A stretch of 64,000 bases of DNA, taken from NCBI GenBank assembly GCA_964408805.1, contig CAYPAV010000001.1, positions 606,024 through 670,023 on the forward strand, in the 5' to 3' direction. Origin of the DNA: an uncultured Rhodospirillaceae bacterium (GTDB taxonomy: Bacteria > Pseudomonadota > Alphaproteobacteria > UBA8366). Numbering within the stretch: position 1 is the first letter of the stretch; the number at the start of each line of letters is the position of its first letter. Below, piece after piece: positions 34,772-44,524 of the stretch. The notes under the pieces are model-generated. The model ran no database searches. It saw only the letters and a program-made list of their open reading frames with translations, and was not told the DNA's origin. The position numbers were made by a program, and so were the translations under genes.

Positions 34772-35191
34772 ATGGCCGAGGAAAAGGTCGAATTCGAACT
34801 GGTCTCGCCGGAGCGCCTTCTGGTCTCCAAACCGGTTGATATGGTCGTGGTGCCGGGCGGCGAAGGCGATCTCGGCGTCCTGCCGCGTCATGCGCCCGCG
34901 ATCACGACGGTTCGGACGGGCACGATCGTGGTCTACGAGGACGGTGCCGAGAGCGACCGGATCTTCATTGCCGGCGGGTTCGCGGAAGTAACGCCCGAAC
35001 GCTGTACCATCCTCGCCGAGGAAGCGGTACCGGTCGCCGATATCGACAAGGCCGAGATCGAAAGCGATCTCGCCGATCTCCGCGATGATTTGAGCGTTGC
35101 CGAGGATGACGCGGAACGCAGCGCCGTCGAGGCCGCCATCGCGATCGCCGAGGCCAAGATAGACGCGGTCGACAATCCCGTCTATCCGTAG
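34772..35191 (+). CDS. atpC: F0F1 ATP synthase subunit epsilon
   Basis: 139 aa and last in the operon. The N-terminal beta-sandwich pattern FELVSPE...VVPGGEGDLGVLPRHAP is typical. Confidence 0.93.
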   Translation: MAEEKVEFELVSPERLLVSKPVDMVVVPGGEGDLGVLPRHAPAITTVRTGTIVVYEDGAESDRIFIAGGFAEVTPERCTILAEEAVPVADIDKAEIESDLADLRDDLSVAEDDAERSAVEAAIAIAEAKIDAVDNPVYP

Positions 35192-35219
35192 AGTTTCGAT
35201 CCGGTAGTCTAGCGAACAG

Positions 35220-36107
35220 TCACGTCGACGGGCTCTCGCCCAGCGCCTCGATCATGCCTGCCAATTCGACGGTTCGCCGCGCCTCCTCGACATGCAGGTT
35301 TTCGATCAATTTGCCATCCACCAGGACGACCCCCTTGCCGTCGCGCTCGGCCGATTCGTGCGCCTCGATCACTCGTTCGCTCCAGTCGATCTCCGCCGCG
35401 TCGGGTCCGAAGGCGGCGTTCGCGGCGGCCAGGGTCTTGGGGTGAATCAGGGTCTTGCCGTCGAAGCCCATCTCGCGGCCCTGGCGGCAGGCCGCTTCGA
35501 ACCCCGCTTCGTCGGCGAGGTCGAGATGAACCCCGTCGAGAATGCCGAGACCATAGGCGCGTGCGGTCAGGATACACCAGGCCAGGCTGGTCATGACCGG
35601 CAGGCGGCTCGGGGTATGAAGGCAATGGAGGTCCTTCGCGAGATCCGACGTGCCCATCACCAGCACTGCCAGGCGAGGAGACGCGGCGGCGATTTGCTCG
35701 GCGTGAAGGACGCCAAGGGGTGTCTCGATCATGCCCCAGATCGCGGTCCCACAGGGCAATCCCGCCGCCTCCAGCGCCGCCGCCGCGGACCGCGTCATCT
35801 CCGCCGATTCGAGTTTCGGGAACAGCACCGCGTCGGGCGGGGCGTCGCGAAGGGCGGCGATGTCGTCCGCCCCCCATGGGGTGTCGAGGCCGTTCACCCG
35901 GACGATCAGCTCCCGCGCCCCATATCCGCCCTGGCCGAGCGTTGCGGCGACTTGCGTCCGCGCCTCCGACTTCGCATCGGGCGCCACCGCGTCCTCAAGA
36001 TCGAAAATTAGGGCGTCGGCGCCGAGTCCGCGCGATTTCTCGAGGGCGCGCGCATTGGCGCCCGGCATGTAGAGTACGCTTCGGCGGGGACGAAGGCTGG
36101 CGGTCAT
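35220..36107 (-). CDS. HpcH/HpaI aldolase / citrate-lyase beta (CitE)-like CoA ester lyase
   Basis: Internal ATG at 36107 of ORF 35220..36629. The product is 295 aa. RRSVLYMPGANARALEKSRGLGADALIFDLEDAV is typical of malyl-CoA lyase / CitE-like enzymes. Confidence 0.85.
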   Translation of the reverse strand: MTASLRPRRSVLYMPGANARALEKSRGLGADALIFDLEDAVAPDAKSEARTQVAATLGQGGYGARELIVRVNGLDTPWGADDIAALRDAPPDAVLFPKLESAEMTRSAAAALEAAGLPCGTAIWGMIETPLGVLHAEQIAAASPRLAVLVMGTSDLAKDLHCLHTPSRLPVMTSLAWCILTARAYGLGILDGVHLDLADEAGFEAACRQGREMGFDGKTLIHPKTLAAANAAFGPDAAEIDWSERVIEAHESAERDGKGVVLVDGKLIENLHVEEARRTVELAGMIEALGESPST

Positions 36108-36166
36108 TGTCGGTATTCCTCGGTAAACCTGGACACTTGGCGGTCGCGACCGCAAAAAGGATATCG

Positions 36167-37003
36167 ATGCCCATTCTTTCGATTCAATCCCGGGTCGCGA
36201 GCGGATATGTCGGAAACGCCGCCGCGGTGCCCTGTCTGCAGTGCTTCGGCTTCGATGTCGCCGCCGTCGACACGGTCGTCTTCTCCAATCATCCGGCCGA
36301 TGGGACCCATACCGGCGCGGTCGTGGAGGCGAAAGAGGTCGGGACGCTGATCGATGGGCTGGCCGAACGCGGGATATTCGATGATACGGAAGCAGTGCTC
36401 TCGGGTTATCTCGGCGGGGCGGCAACCGGGCCGGTGGTCCTCGATGCCGTCCGCCGTGTGAAATCGGCCCACCCGGAGGCGCTCTACTGCCTCGACCCGG
36501 TAATGGGTGACAAGGGGCGACTCTATGTCGATCCGGCCTTGCCGGAATTTTTCCGGAAGTGGGCTCTCCCAACGGCCGATATCGTGATCCCGAATGCCTT
36601 CGAGGCCGGGCAGCTCCTCGGACAACCACCTGTTACGGCCGCCGATGCCGTCCCTGCACTTCAGGCGCTTCGGGCATGCGGGCCGCGCTGGGCCGTCATT
36701 ACCGGCCTTCCGGTCGGCGACGAGGTGGAGACGGCGGCCCTGGGGCCGGAGGGCGGGTGGCGCGTTCGGACACCGCGCGTCGCCTGCGCGGATCATGGGG
36801 CCGGCGACGCGTTCGCCGCGATCTTTCTCGGCACCTTCCTTCGGCGGGGTCATGATCTTGGCGGTGCCTTGGCACATGCGGCGGGGGCGCTTCATGGCAT
36901 TCTCCAGCGGACCGCCCACGAGAATGGCGACGATCTGGCGCTGATCGCCGCCCGCGCGGAGATCGAATCGCCAACAATTCCGGCGAAGCCGATCAAAATA
37001 TAA
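36167..37003 (+). CDS. pdxY: Pyridoxal kinase
   Basis: Internal ATG at 36167 of ORF 35720..37003. The product is 278 aa. MPILSIQSRVASGYVGNAAAV and the C-terminal GAGDAF motif are typical of PdxY. Confidence 0.88.
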   Translation: MPILSIQSRVASGYVGNAAAVPCLQCFGFDVAAVDTVVFSNHPADGTHTGAVVEAKEVGTLIDGLAERGIFDDTEAVLSGYLGGAATGPVVLDAVRRVKSAHPEALYCLDPVMGDKGRLYVDPALPEFFRKWALPTADIVIPNAFEAGQLLGQPPVTAADAVPALQALRACGPRWAVITGLPVGDEVETAALGPEGGWRVRTPRVACADHGAGDAFAAIFLGTFLRRGHDLGGALAHAAGALHGILQRTAHENGDDLALIAARAEIESPTIPAKPIKI

Positions 37004-37009
37004 GCACGC

Positions 37010-38407
37010 TTATTTGTCGGCTTGGAAATCCGCCGCGAAAGCTTCCAGTTCGGCACGCAGACGGGCAATGACTCCCGGCCAATCGCGCGGCGATTCCTGG
37101 CGGAAAAGGCGAACGCTCGAATACCAAGGCGAGTCGTCCCGGCCGTAGAGCCAGCGCCAATCGGGCGAAAACGGGATCAGCGCCCAGACCGGGCGGTCCA
37201 TCGCACCCGCCAGATGCACGACCGAGGTGTCGGCCGAAACCACCAGATCGAGCTGCTCCAGAATCCCGGCCGTATCGCCGAAATCCCGCATTCGCTCGCC
37301 GATATTCGGCAACAGGGCATCGGCGCCGAATTTTTCCGGCTGGTCGGCGCCGTTTCCCTTCTGCAGGCCGATGAAGCGGATGTTCGGAAGATCGAGCAGC
37401 GGCATCAATACCTCGAAGGGAAGCGATCGGTTGCGATCGTTCTTGTGGGTCGGTTTTCCGGCCCAGACCAGGCCGACGCGCGGGCCATTGGCGGCGATCT
37501 GTAGCCGGGGAAGCGGTTGCGGGGCGGAGAGATAGGGGACGCCGCCCGGAATCGTCTCCATCGTCGTCTCCAGTGCCCGGGCCATGCTCAACAGCGGGAT
37601 TTGCAGATCGGCGGCCGGCACGGTCTCGCCTTGGGGGATCAGCTCGATCCCCCGCCCGACCGGGCTTTCGGCGACGAGGCGTATTAGCGGCGGCGGGCAT
37701 TCGTAGATGACTTGTCCGCCCAGTTCGGCGGCGAGCGGCAGGTAGCGCAGGAATTGAATGGCATCGCCGAATCCCTGCTCGGTGTGAACTAGCAGCCGCC
37801 GGCCGTCGAACGCCTGTCCGTTCCAGGGCTCGATATTGGTGAACCGCGCCGGGCTTTCGGGCAGTTGCCAGCGCCATTCATATTCCTTGAAGCCGCGTGC
37901 CAAATCGCCCGAGACGAGGTGGGTCAGGGCGCGATCCCAGAACATCTCGGAGGATTTGAAGCCAAGCGACTCCGCGTGTTCGAATCCCTCCAATGCCGGG
38001 GCTAGATTGCCGAGGTCGCGCTCCGTCAGTGCCAGATTGTAATGGACGCGGCCGGCGTCCGGCTCCAGTTCCAGGGATTTTCGATGGCTCGCCGCCGCGG
38101 CTTCGTAGTCGCCGATCGCGCGAAGCGCGTTGCCGAGGTTGGACCAGGCCCCCGCATCCTTGCCGTCCAGGGCCAGACCGCGCCGCAACGCCGCCGCCGC
38201 CGCCTCGAATTTATCGGATGCGCGGAGTGCCACACCGAGATTGTTCCAGGCCGGCGCATAGGCCGGCTGGGCATTCAAAAGTGTCCGATAGAGTTCGATG
38301 GCCCGCTCGAGGCGGCCTTCCTGCTGGTGCCCGATCGCCTCGGCGAACAGCCGGTTCGGATCAAGCGCCGCCGGTTTCGCTTCCTCTCGATTCGAGGCAT
38401 CGGCCAT
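37010..38407 (-). CDS. TPR-repeat protein fused to a glycosyltransferase family 9 (heptosyltransferase-like) domain
   Basis: 465 aa. The N-terminal approx. 170 aa are TPR repeats (AWNNLGVAL, AWSNLGNAL, HYNLAL). The C-terminal GFGDAIQFLRYL...DTSVVHLAGAM resembles the GT9 fold. Confidence 0.75.
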   Translation of the reverse strand: MADASNREEAKPAALDPNRLFAEAIGHQQEGRLERAIELYRTLLNAQPAYAPAWNNLGVALRASDKFEAAAAALRRGLALDGKDAGAWSNLGNALRAIGDYEAAAASHRKSLELEPDAGRVHYNLALTERDLGNLAPALEGFEHAESLGFKSSEMFWDRALTHLVSGDLARGFKEYEWRWQLPESPARFTNIEPWNGQAFDGRRLLVHTEQGFGDAIQFLRYLPLAAELGGQVIYECPPPLIRLVAESPVGRGIELIPQGETVPAADLQIPLLSMARALETTMETIPGGVPYLSAPQPLPRLQIAANGPRVGLVWAGKPTHKNDRNRSLPFEVLMPLLDLPNIRFIGLQKGNGADQPEKFGADALLPNIGERMRDFGDTAGILEQLDLVVSADTSVVHLAGAMDRPVWALIPFSPDWRWLYGRDDSPWYSSVRLFRQESPRDWPGVIARLRAELEAFAADFQADK

Positions 38408-38419
38408 GGCGCGGTCGGC

Positions 38420-39448
38420 TTATGCCGCCCGTTTCTGCAGATGGCGCTCGACCAGGGTCTCGGCGATCTGCACTGTGTTGAGGGCGGCGCCCTTCCGTAA
38501 ATTATCCGACACCACCCAGAGCGCCAGCCCGCTCTCGACCGTCTGGTCCTTGCGGAGCCGGCTGACATAGACGAGGTCCTCGCCCGCCGATTCCTCCGGC
38601 GTCACATAGCCGCCATCGGCCCGATGGTCGACCATCGTGACACCCGGTGCCGCTGCGAGCACTTCTCGCGCCGCCGCCTCGTCGATCGGGCCGTCGAACT
38701 CGACATGCACGGCCTCGCCATGGCCAACGAAGACGGGGACACGAACGCAGGTCGCAATGACTTGGATCGACGGGTCGAGAATCTTCCGCGTCTCGACCGA
38801 CATCTTCCACTCTTCCTTGGTAGCGCCGTCATCCATGAATTTGTCGATATGCGGAATGACGTTGAAGGAGATCCGTTTCGTGAAGGTGTCAATCTCGAGC
38901 GGGTCGTTGACATAGACCTGTCGGGTCTGATTGAAGAGCTCGTCCATGCCGGCCCGCCCGGCACCCGAGACCGACTGATAGGTGCTGACGACGACCCGCC
39001 GGATCGGCACCAAATCGTGAAGCGGCTTCAAAGCCACCACCATCTGAATGGTCGAACAGTTCGGGTTGGCGATGATATTGCGTTTCGCGTAATTGTCGAT
39101 CGCCTGGGGATTGACCTCGGGCACCACTAGCGGCACGTCCGGTTCCATCCGGAAGTGCGAGGTATTGTCGATCACGACGCATCCGGCCGCTGCGGCGACC
39201 GGTGCGTATTTCGCGGAGACGGCGCCTCCCGGCGAAAAGAGACCGATATCGGTGCCCTCGAAGTCGAAATTCGCCAGCGCCTGGACCTTGAGCGTCTCGT
39301 CATCGCCGAAGGAAACCTCCCGGCCGATCGAGGCTTGGGAGGCAAGCGGGATCACCTCGTCCGCGGGGAAATTCCGCTCCGAGAGAATCGACAACAGCTC
39401 GCGGCCCACATTGCCCGTGGCACCCGCGATCGCCACTCTATAGCCCAT
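38420..39448 (-). CDS. asd: Aspartate-semialdehyde dehydrogenase
   Basis: 342 aa with N-terminus VAIAGATGNVGRELL and active-site context IANPNCSTI. Confidence 0.96.
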   Translation of the reverse strand: MGYRVAIAGATGNVGRELLSILSERNFPADEVIPLASQASIGREVSFGDDETLKVQALANFDFEGTDIGLFSPGGAVSAKYAPVAAAAGCVVIDNTSHFRMEPDVPLVVPEVNPQAIDNYAKRNIIANPNCSTIQMVVALKPLHDLVPIRRVVVSTYQSVSGAGRAGMDELFNQTRQVYVNDPLEIDTFTKRISFNVIPHIDKFMDDGATKEEWKMSVETRKILDPSIQVIATCVRVPVFVGHGEAVHVEFDGPIDEAAAREVLAAAPGVTMVDHRADGGYVTPEESAGEDLVYVSRLRKDQTVESGLALWVVSDNLRKGAALNTVQIAETLVERHLQKRAA

Positions 39449-39535
39449 GGCTAAATTCCCACATTATTTCAATCCGTTGACTTAGGTATCCAAGACCCGG
39501 TTTGCAAGTGAATTCAGGTGCCCCAAAACGCACGA

Positions 39536-39571
39536 AACGGCGCGCCCCGGACGGGGCCGCCGTTGCTTTTT
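39536..39571. terminator. Strong GC hairpin with flanking T-tracts, terminator-like on both strands
   Basis: AACGGCG(C)GCCCC-GGAC-GGGGCCGCCGTT at 39536-39564, a 12-bp stem with one bulge. The plus strand follows it with GCTTTTT (T5 at 67-71). The minus strand follows it with TCGTGCGTTTTGG. Confidence 0.55.
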
Positions 39572-39619
39572 CCGGCACGGCCCGTGCTGGGGCGGCCGGG
39601 AAACGGACTGGGTCCGCGC

Positions 39620-39796
39620 CTAGCCGCCGGTGGCGGTCGAGGTCTTGGGCGGAATCTTCGTCTGGCTACCCGAGGCGTCGACAACTTGTTGCGCCGCCGA
39701 TTTGTGGCTGCCGCCGCAACCGCCTTCAGCCCAGACCGGGCTCGAAAGCGAAACGACCGCCAACACGGTAAGGGTCACGCCGATGGTCTTGATCAT
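39620..39796 (-). CDS. Small secreted protein (58 aa), hypothetical
   Basis: Absent from the ORF track because it is under 60 aa. ATG at 39796 is preceded by AAGGGAGAG. The product is MIKTIGVTLTVLAVVSLSSPVWA|EGGCGGSHKSAAQQVVDASGSQTKIPPKTSTATGG, with a clear signal peptide. The hairpin at 39536-39564 lies about 55 nt downstream. Confidence 0.55.
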   Translation of the reverse strand: MIKTIGVTLTVLAVVSLSSPVWAEGGCGGSHKSAAQQVVDASGSQTKIPPKTSTATGG

Positions 39797-39877
39797 TAGG
39801 AACTCTCCCTTTCCATCGAGACCGCCCAGTTTAGGAAGGGACGGGCCGTTGTTACAAGTCTTTTCGGCGACACGGTG

Positions 39878-40990
39878 TCAGCCGGCGAGATTTTCCAGCT
39901 CGTGCAGGATCGAATCGCCCATCACCGAGGTCGAAACCTTGGCCGTGCCGGGGCCCATGATATCGGCCGTCCGGACACCGCCGCGGAGCACGTTGGCGAC
40001 CGCCTGGTCGACAAGATCCGCGTCCTCGCCGAGGCCGAAGGAATAGCGCAGCATCATCGAGTAGCTGAGCAGACAAGCCAGCGGGTTGGCGGCGCCCTGG
40101 CCGGCGATATCGGGGGCACTGCCGTGTACCGGTTCGTAAAGGGCGCGCCGCCTTCCCGTCTCGTCCGGGGCCCCGAGCGAGGCCGACGGCAACATGCCGA
40201 GCGAGCCCGTGAGCATCGCCGCGCAATCCGAAAGAATGTCGCCGAACAGGTTGTCGGTCACGATGACGTCGAACTGCTTCGGCGTTCGCACGAGCTGCAT
40301 CGCGCAGTTGTCGGCGTACATGTGCTCCAGCTCGATATCGCTGTAGGATTCCTGGTGCAGTTCGGTGACCACCTGCCGCCACAGCACGCCGGTCTCCATC
40401 ACATTCGCCTTCTCGACCGAATGGACCTTGTTGTTGCGCTCTCGGGCGAGCTCGAAACCGACGGCGGCGACCCGCCGGATCTCCGCCTCCGTATAGACCT
40501 GGGTGTCGACCGCGCGGCGCGTCCCGTCGGCCAGGGTCTCGATCCCGCGGGGCTCGCCGAAATAGACACCGGAGGTCAACTCGCGCACGATCAGGATATC
40601 GAGGCCGCTGACGATTTCCTCCTTCAACGACGAGGCATCGAGGAGCCCGTTAAAGGTCATGGCTGGCCGCAGATTGGCGAACAGGTCCATTTCCTTCCGA
40701 AGTCGCAGCAGTCCCGCTTCCGGACGCTTGTCGCGATCGACATCGTCATATTTCGGACCGCCGACGGACCCGAACAGAACCGCATCGGCCGCCATCGCGT
40801 CGGCCAGGGTCTCGTCCGTCAAGGGTGTTCCGTGGGCGTCATAGGCCGCGCCGCCGACGAGGCCGCGTTCGACGTCGAAGCCCACGGCGCGCTTGTCGCC
40901 GAACCAGTCGATTACGCGTTCGACCTGGCCCATCACTTCGGGCCCGATCCCATCGCCCGGCAGAACCAGGAGTTTCTTGTTGGCAGCCAT
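39878..40990 (-). CDS. leuB: 3-isopropylmalate dehydrogenase
   Basis: 370 aa. The N-terminus [15 protein letters not shown] and later blocks are canonical. Confidence 0.97.
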   Translation of the reverse strand: MAANKKLLVLPGDGIGPEVMGQVERVIDWFGDKRAVGFDVERGLVGGAAYDAHGTPLTDETLADAMAADAVLFGSVGGPKYDDVDRDKRPEAGLLRLRKEMDLFANLRPAMTFNGLLDASSLKEEIVSGLDILIVRELTSGVYFGEPRGIETLADGTRRAVDTQVYTEAEIRRVAAVGFELARERNNKVHSVEKANVMETGVLWRQVVTELHQESYSDIELEHMYADNCAMQLVRTPKQFDVIVTDNLFGDILSDCAAMLTGSLGMLPSASLGAPDETGRRRALYEPVHGSAPDIAGQGAANPLACLLSYSMMLRYSFGLGEDADLVDQAVANVLRGGVRTADIMGPGTAKVSTSVMGDSILHELENLAG

Positions 40991-41016
40991 GACAGCCGCT
41001 CCCTACCAATTGTTAT

Positions 41017-41055
41017 AAAAAAACCGTCGACCGCCGGTCCTTCTCAGAGCGACGG
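41017..41055 (-). terminator. Possible weak terminator/attenuator between leuD and leuB
   Basis: On the minus strand CCGTCG...CGACGG (a 6-bp stem with a 20-nt loop) is followed directly by T7 (41017-41023). The stem is weak, so function is uncertain. Confidence 0.3.
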
Positions 41056-41073
41056 CCGGAACGGGCTCGCCGG

Positions 41074-41697
41074 TCAGCCTTCCGTGCCGCGGCCGAGCCA
41101 GGGCTGCGAGCCCTCACGCTTCGCCTCGAAGGTATCGATGCTCTCCTCGCTCTTCAGCGTGATGCCGATATCGTCGAGGCCGTTCAACAAGCATTCGCGG
41201 CGAAAGGGATCGAGGTCGAATTTGACCACCGCGCCGTTGGGCCGGCGAATCTCCAGCTTCTCCAGATCGATGGTCAGTTCGGGGTTTTCCTTGTCCTTGG
41301 CGTCCGCCATCAGGGCCTCGACATCTTCCTTCGGCAGCTTGATCGGCAGGACGCCGTTCTTGAAGCTGTTATTGTAAAAGATGTCCGCGAAGCTGGGCGC
41401 GATGACGCAGCGGATGCCGAAATCGAGTAGCGCCCAAGGGGCATGTTCGCGCGAGGAGCCGCAACCGAAATTCTCGCCGGCGACGATGAGCTGGCTCTTC
41501 CGGTAGGGTTCCTGGTTGAGGACGAAGTCGGGACGCTCGGAGCCGTCCTCGTTAAAGCGGACCTCGTCGAACAGGACCTTGCCGAGACCTTCCCGTTTGA
41601 TCGTGCGGAGATGGATTTTCGGAATGATCTTATCGGTGTCGATGTTGATCATGTCCATCGGCGCGGCGATACCGGTCAGCGTGGTGAATTTTTGCAT
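41074..41697 (-). CDS. leuD: 3-isopropylmalate dehydratase small subunit
   Basis: 207 aa. [27 protein letters not shown] and [17 protein letters not shown] are canonical. Confidence 0.97.
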   Translation of the reverse strand: MQKFTTLTGIAAPMDMINIDTDKIIPKIHLRTIKREGLGKVLFDEVRFNEDGSERPDFVLNQEPYRKSQLIVAGENFGCGSSREHAPWALLDFGIRCVIAPSFADIFYNNSFKNGVLPIKLPKEDVEALMADAKDKENPELTIDLEKLEIRRPNGAVVKFDLDPFRRECLLNGLDDIGITLKSEESIDTFEAKREGSQPWLGRGTEG

Positions 41698-41715
41698 GGG
41701 GTTGGTCCTTTTCTC

Positions 41716-41928
41716 TCAACGCTTGCGGTTGCGGAGCGCCCAAATGACGGCGGGATCGGGCTTGGGTTCGCCGGGCCGGTCGGCGTTTCGGGATGAGGGG
41801 CGCGCCCGCGCATTGCCGGAAAGGTCGGTTTCGACGAACCAGCCGCCCTGGCGGAGGTCGCGGCCGAACAGTTGATCGACACCGGTCAATTCGGATTTGC
41901 CGCGCGAGGCTTCGGGCGTTTTGCTCAT
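41716..41928 (-). CDS. Small hypothetical protein (70 aa) inserted between leuC and leuD
   Basis: This is the C-terminal part of track ORF 41716..42462. Its ATG at 41928 overlaps the leuC stop (ATGA). The product [36 protein letters not shown]... has strong third-position G+C bias. It ends 18 nt before leuD. Confidence 0.55.
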   Translation of the reverse strand: MSKTPEASRGKSELTGVDQLFGRDLRQGGWFVETDLSGNARARPSSRNADRPGEPKPDPAVIWALRNRKR

Positions 41929-43328
41929 TTCATCAACTCGCGAACGTCGGTCAGGCGGCCCGTGATTGCCGCCGCCGCCGCCATCGCGGGGCTGACCAGA
42001 TGAGTGCGGCCGCCGCGCCCCTGGCGACCCTCGAAGTTGCGATTCGACGTCGAGGCGCAACGCTCGCCCGGCTCCAGCCGATCGGTGTTCATGGCCAGGC
42101 ACATCGAACAGCCGGGTTCGCGCCAGTCGAATCCGGCTTCGGTGATGATCTTGTCCAGGCCTTCGTCCTCGGCTTGCTGTTTCACCAGGCCCGAGCCCGG
42201 CACGATCAGGGTGCGGATACCTTCCTTCACTTGGCGGCCCTTGGCGACTTCGGCGACGGCGCGGATGTCCTCGATGCGGCCGTTGGTGCAGGCGCCGACG
42301 AAAATGGTGTCGATCTCGACATCGGTCAAATTGGTGCCGGGAACGAGGCCCATATAGTCGAGTGCGCACTTCATCGCCTCCGCCTTGCCGGGGTTCGGCG
42401 CGTCTTTCGGGTCCGGCACGACGCCGGTGATCGCGGTGACGTCTTCCGGGTTGGTGCCCCAAGTGACTTGCGGCGGGATATCGCTAATGTCGAGCGCGAC
42501 TTCCTTGTCGTACTTTGCGCCTTCGTCCGAGGGCAATGTCTTCCAGTAGGCAACCGCCGCGTCAAAATCGTCACCCTTCGGCGACATCGGCAGGTCCTTC
42601 AAATAGTCGAAGGTGACTTCGTCGGGGGCGATCAGCCCGGCGCGGGCCCCGCCCTCGATGGTCATGTTCGAAACCGTCATCCGGCCTTCCATGGAAAGCG
42701 CCTTGATCGCCGGGCCGGCGAATTCGATGACATGGCCGGTGCCGCCCGCGGTGCCGATGGTTCCGATGACCGCCAGCACGACATCCTTGCCGGAAAGTCC
42801 GAAGGGCAGGTCGCCCTCGACCGTGACCCGCATGTTCTTGGCCGGCTTCTGCAGCAGGGTCTGGGTCGCGAATACATGCTCGACCTCGGAAGTGCCGATG
42901 CCGAAGGCAAGCGCCCCGAAGGCGCCGTGGGTCGCGGTGTGGCTGTCGCCACAGACGATGGTGTTGCCCGGCAGGGTGAAGCCCTGTTCGGGTCCGATGA
43001 CGTGGACGATGCCGTTTCGGGGATCATCGACCTCGAAGAGCTCGACGCCGAAGGCGGCGCAGTTCTCGCGCAGCGTGTCGATCTGCAACTGCGAATCCTC
43101 AGGGATGCCCTCGCTAAGATCGGTCGCGATGTTATGGTCGATCACCGCCAGCGTCAGTTCGGGCCGGCGCACCTGGCGGCCGGACATCCGGAGACCCTCG
43201 AATGCCTGGGGCGTCGTCACCTCATGGATGAGATGGCGGTCGATATAGAGTATGCAGGTTCCGTCCTCTTGCACGTCGACGACATGCGCGTCCCAGATCT
43301 TGTCGAAGAGGGTGCGGGGCTCCGCCAT
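41925..43328 (-). CDS. leuC: 3-isopropylmalate dehydratase large subunit
   Basis: 467 aa with an aconitase-family pattern and Fe-S ligand contexts VGACTNGR and GCSMCLAMN. Confidence 0.97.
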   Translation of the reverse strand: MAEPRTLFDKIWDAHVVDVQEDGTCILYIDRHLIHEVTTPQAFEGLRMSGRQVRRPELTLAVIDHNIATDLSEGIPEDSQLQIDTLRENCAAFGVELFEVDDPRNGIVHVIGPEQGFTLPGNTIVCGDSHTATHGAFGALAFGIGTSEVEHVFATQTLLQKPAKNMRVTVEGDLPFGLSGKDVVLAVIGTIGTAGGTGHVIEFAGPAIKALSMEGRMTVSNMTIEGGARAGLIAPDEVTFDYLKDLPMSPKGDDFDAAVAYWKTLPSDEGAKYDKEVALDISDIPPQVTWGTNPEDVTAITGVVPDPKDAPNPGKAEAMKCALDYMGLVPGTNLTDVEIDTIFVGACTNGRIEDIRAVAEVAKGRQVKEGIRTLIVPGSGLVKQQAEDEGLDKIITEAGFDWREPGCSMCLAMNTDRLEPGERCASTSNRNFEGRQGRGGRTHLVSPAMAAAAAITGRLTDVRELMK

Positions 43329-43382
43329 GATGTCTCCTTCCCGAATGCTGTTATTCTAATCTTTTTCCGATTCGCCGTCCGG

Positions 43383-43811
43383 TCAATCCTTCGTGGATTC
43401 GGGCGTGGATTCGGGCGTGGATTCGGGTGTTGCCTCGAGGCCGTCGCGGCGTTGGGTCGCTGCCTCGGCGATCCGGGCGCTCTTGCCGCGGCGGCCCCGG
43501 AGATAATAGAGCTTCGCCCGCCGGACATCGCCCCGGCGGATGACCTCGATCGATCCGATCCTGGGGCTGTAGAGCGGAAAGACACGCTCCACCCCCTCGC
43601 CATAGCTGATCTTGCGCACGGTGAAGGAGCTGTTGATCCCGGCGTTCCGGCGGCCGATGCAGACGCCCTCGAAGGCCTGGACCCGTTCGCGCGTACCTTC
43701 CAGCACCTTGACATTGACCCGGAGCGTGTCGCCCGGATTAAACTCCGGGACCGGCCGCTCGGCCGTCAGCCGCTCGACCTGCTCGGCTTCCAGCTGTTCG
43801 ATGATGTTCAT
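43383..43811 (-). CDS. rplS: 50S ribosomal protein L19, with short acidic repeat tail
   Basis: Internal ATG at 43811 of ORF 43383..43967. The product is 142 aa, starts [11 protein letters not shown] and ends in [15 protein letters not shown]. Confidence 0.95.
   Translation of the reverse strand: MNIIEQLEAEQVERLTAERPVPEFNPGDTLRVNVKVLEGTRERVQAFEGVCIGRRNAGINSSFTVRKISYGEGVERVFPLYSPRIGSIEVIRRGDVRRAKLYYLRGRRGKSARIAEAATQRRDGLEATPESTPESTPESTKD
43392..43427. repeat. Perfect 12-bp tandem repeat x3 in the rplS 3' end
   Basis: CGTGGATTCGGG at 43392-43403, 43404-43415 and 43416-43427. It encodes (TPES)x3. Confidence 0.95.
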
Positions 43812-44524
43812 TGTGAAACCCTCGTCTCGTTGAGGCCGGCGACGTAGCGGGCCCAAAGATCGACGCGCCGTTCGCGCGTGATTCGTCGGGCCTGGTCCAT
43901 CCGCCAGCGTTGAATACGTTCGTGGTGCCCGCTGAGCAAGACATCGGGCACCGTTCGGCCCCGCCACTCGGCGGGACGGGTGTAATGGGGATATTCCAGC
44001 AGCCCCGATTCGAAACTTTCCTCGGCGTGCGAATCCTGAGCGCCCATGACGCCCGGCAGCAGCCTGACGCAGGCATCGATCAAGGCGATCGCCGCCGGCT
44101 CGCCGCCCGAGAGGACGAAATCACCGAGGCTGACTTCGTCAAGCCCATTGCTTTGGATCACCCGTTCGTCGAGCCCTTCATAGCGCCCGCAAAGCAGGAC
44201 GACGCCGTCGCCCACGGCGATATCGTGCACCATCGCCTGATTGAGAACTCTGCCGCGGGGCGAAAGATAAAGCCTCGGCCGGCCGTCGTCCGGCAGATCC
44301 GCAAGGGCGGCGTCGACCACGTCGGCGCGCATGATCATGCCGGGGCCGCCGCCGAAGGGGGAATCGTCCACCGAGCGGTGAGGGTCGGTCGCATGGCCGC
44401 GAATGTCGCGCGTCTCCAGCGACCAAATTCCCTTGGCCCGCGCGGCCCCGGCGAGCGAGGCGTCGAGGGGACCCGGAAACATCTCCGGGAACAGTGTCAG
44501 GATGGTCGTTGCCCAGGTACTCAC
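43808..44524 (-). CDS. trmD: tRNA (guanine37-N1)-methyltransferase
   Basis: 238 aa with the canonical pattern [13 protein letters not shown]...[13 protein letters not shown]. It shows 4-nt overlaps with rimM and rplS. Confidence 0.96.
   Translation of the reverse strand: MSTWATTILTLFPEMFPGPLDASLAGAARAKGIWSLETRDIRGHATDPHRSVDDSPFGGGPGMIMRADVVDAALADLPDDGRPRLYLSPRGRVLNQAMVHDIAVGDGVVLLCGRYEGLDERVIQSNGLDEVSLGDFVLSGGEPAAIALIDACVRLLPGVMGAQDSHAEESFESGLLEYPHYTRPAEWRGRTVPDVLLSGHHERIQRWRMDQARRITRERRVDLWARYVAGLNETRVSQ

Noticed and set aside
35220-36629. A 469-aa version of the CitE-like ORF. The 427-aa version of the pdxY ORF (35720-37003) is a similar case.
   Set aside because: The N-terminal extensions are Arg/Pro-rich, overlap each other on opposite strands and precede canonical N-termini (MTASLRPRRSVLYMPG and MPILSIQS). 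The internal starts were chosen.
41793-43847. A 684-aa plus-strand ORF, the longest unassigned ORF in the track.
   Set aside because: It lies entirely antisense to leuC and rplS, whose products are unmistakable. Its translation is Arg/Gly/Asp/Ala-rich low-information sequence, typical of shadow ORFs in high-GC DNA.
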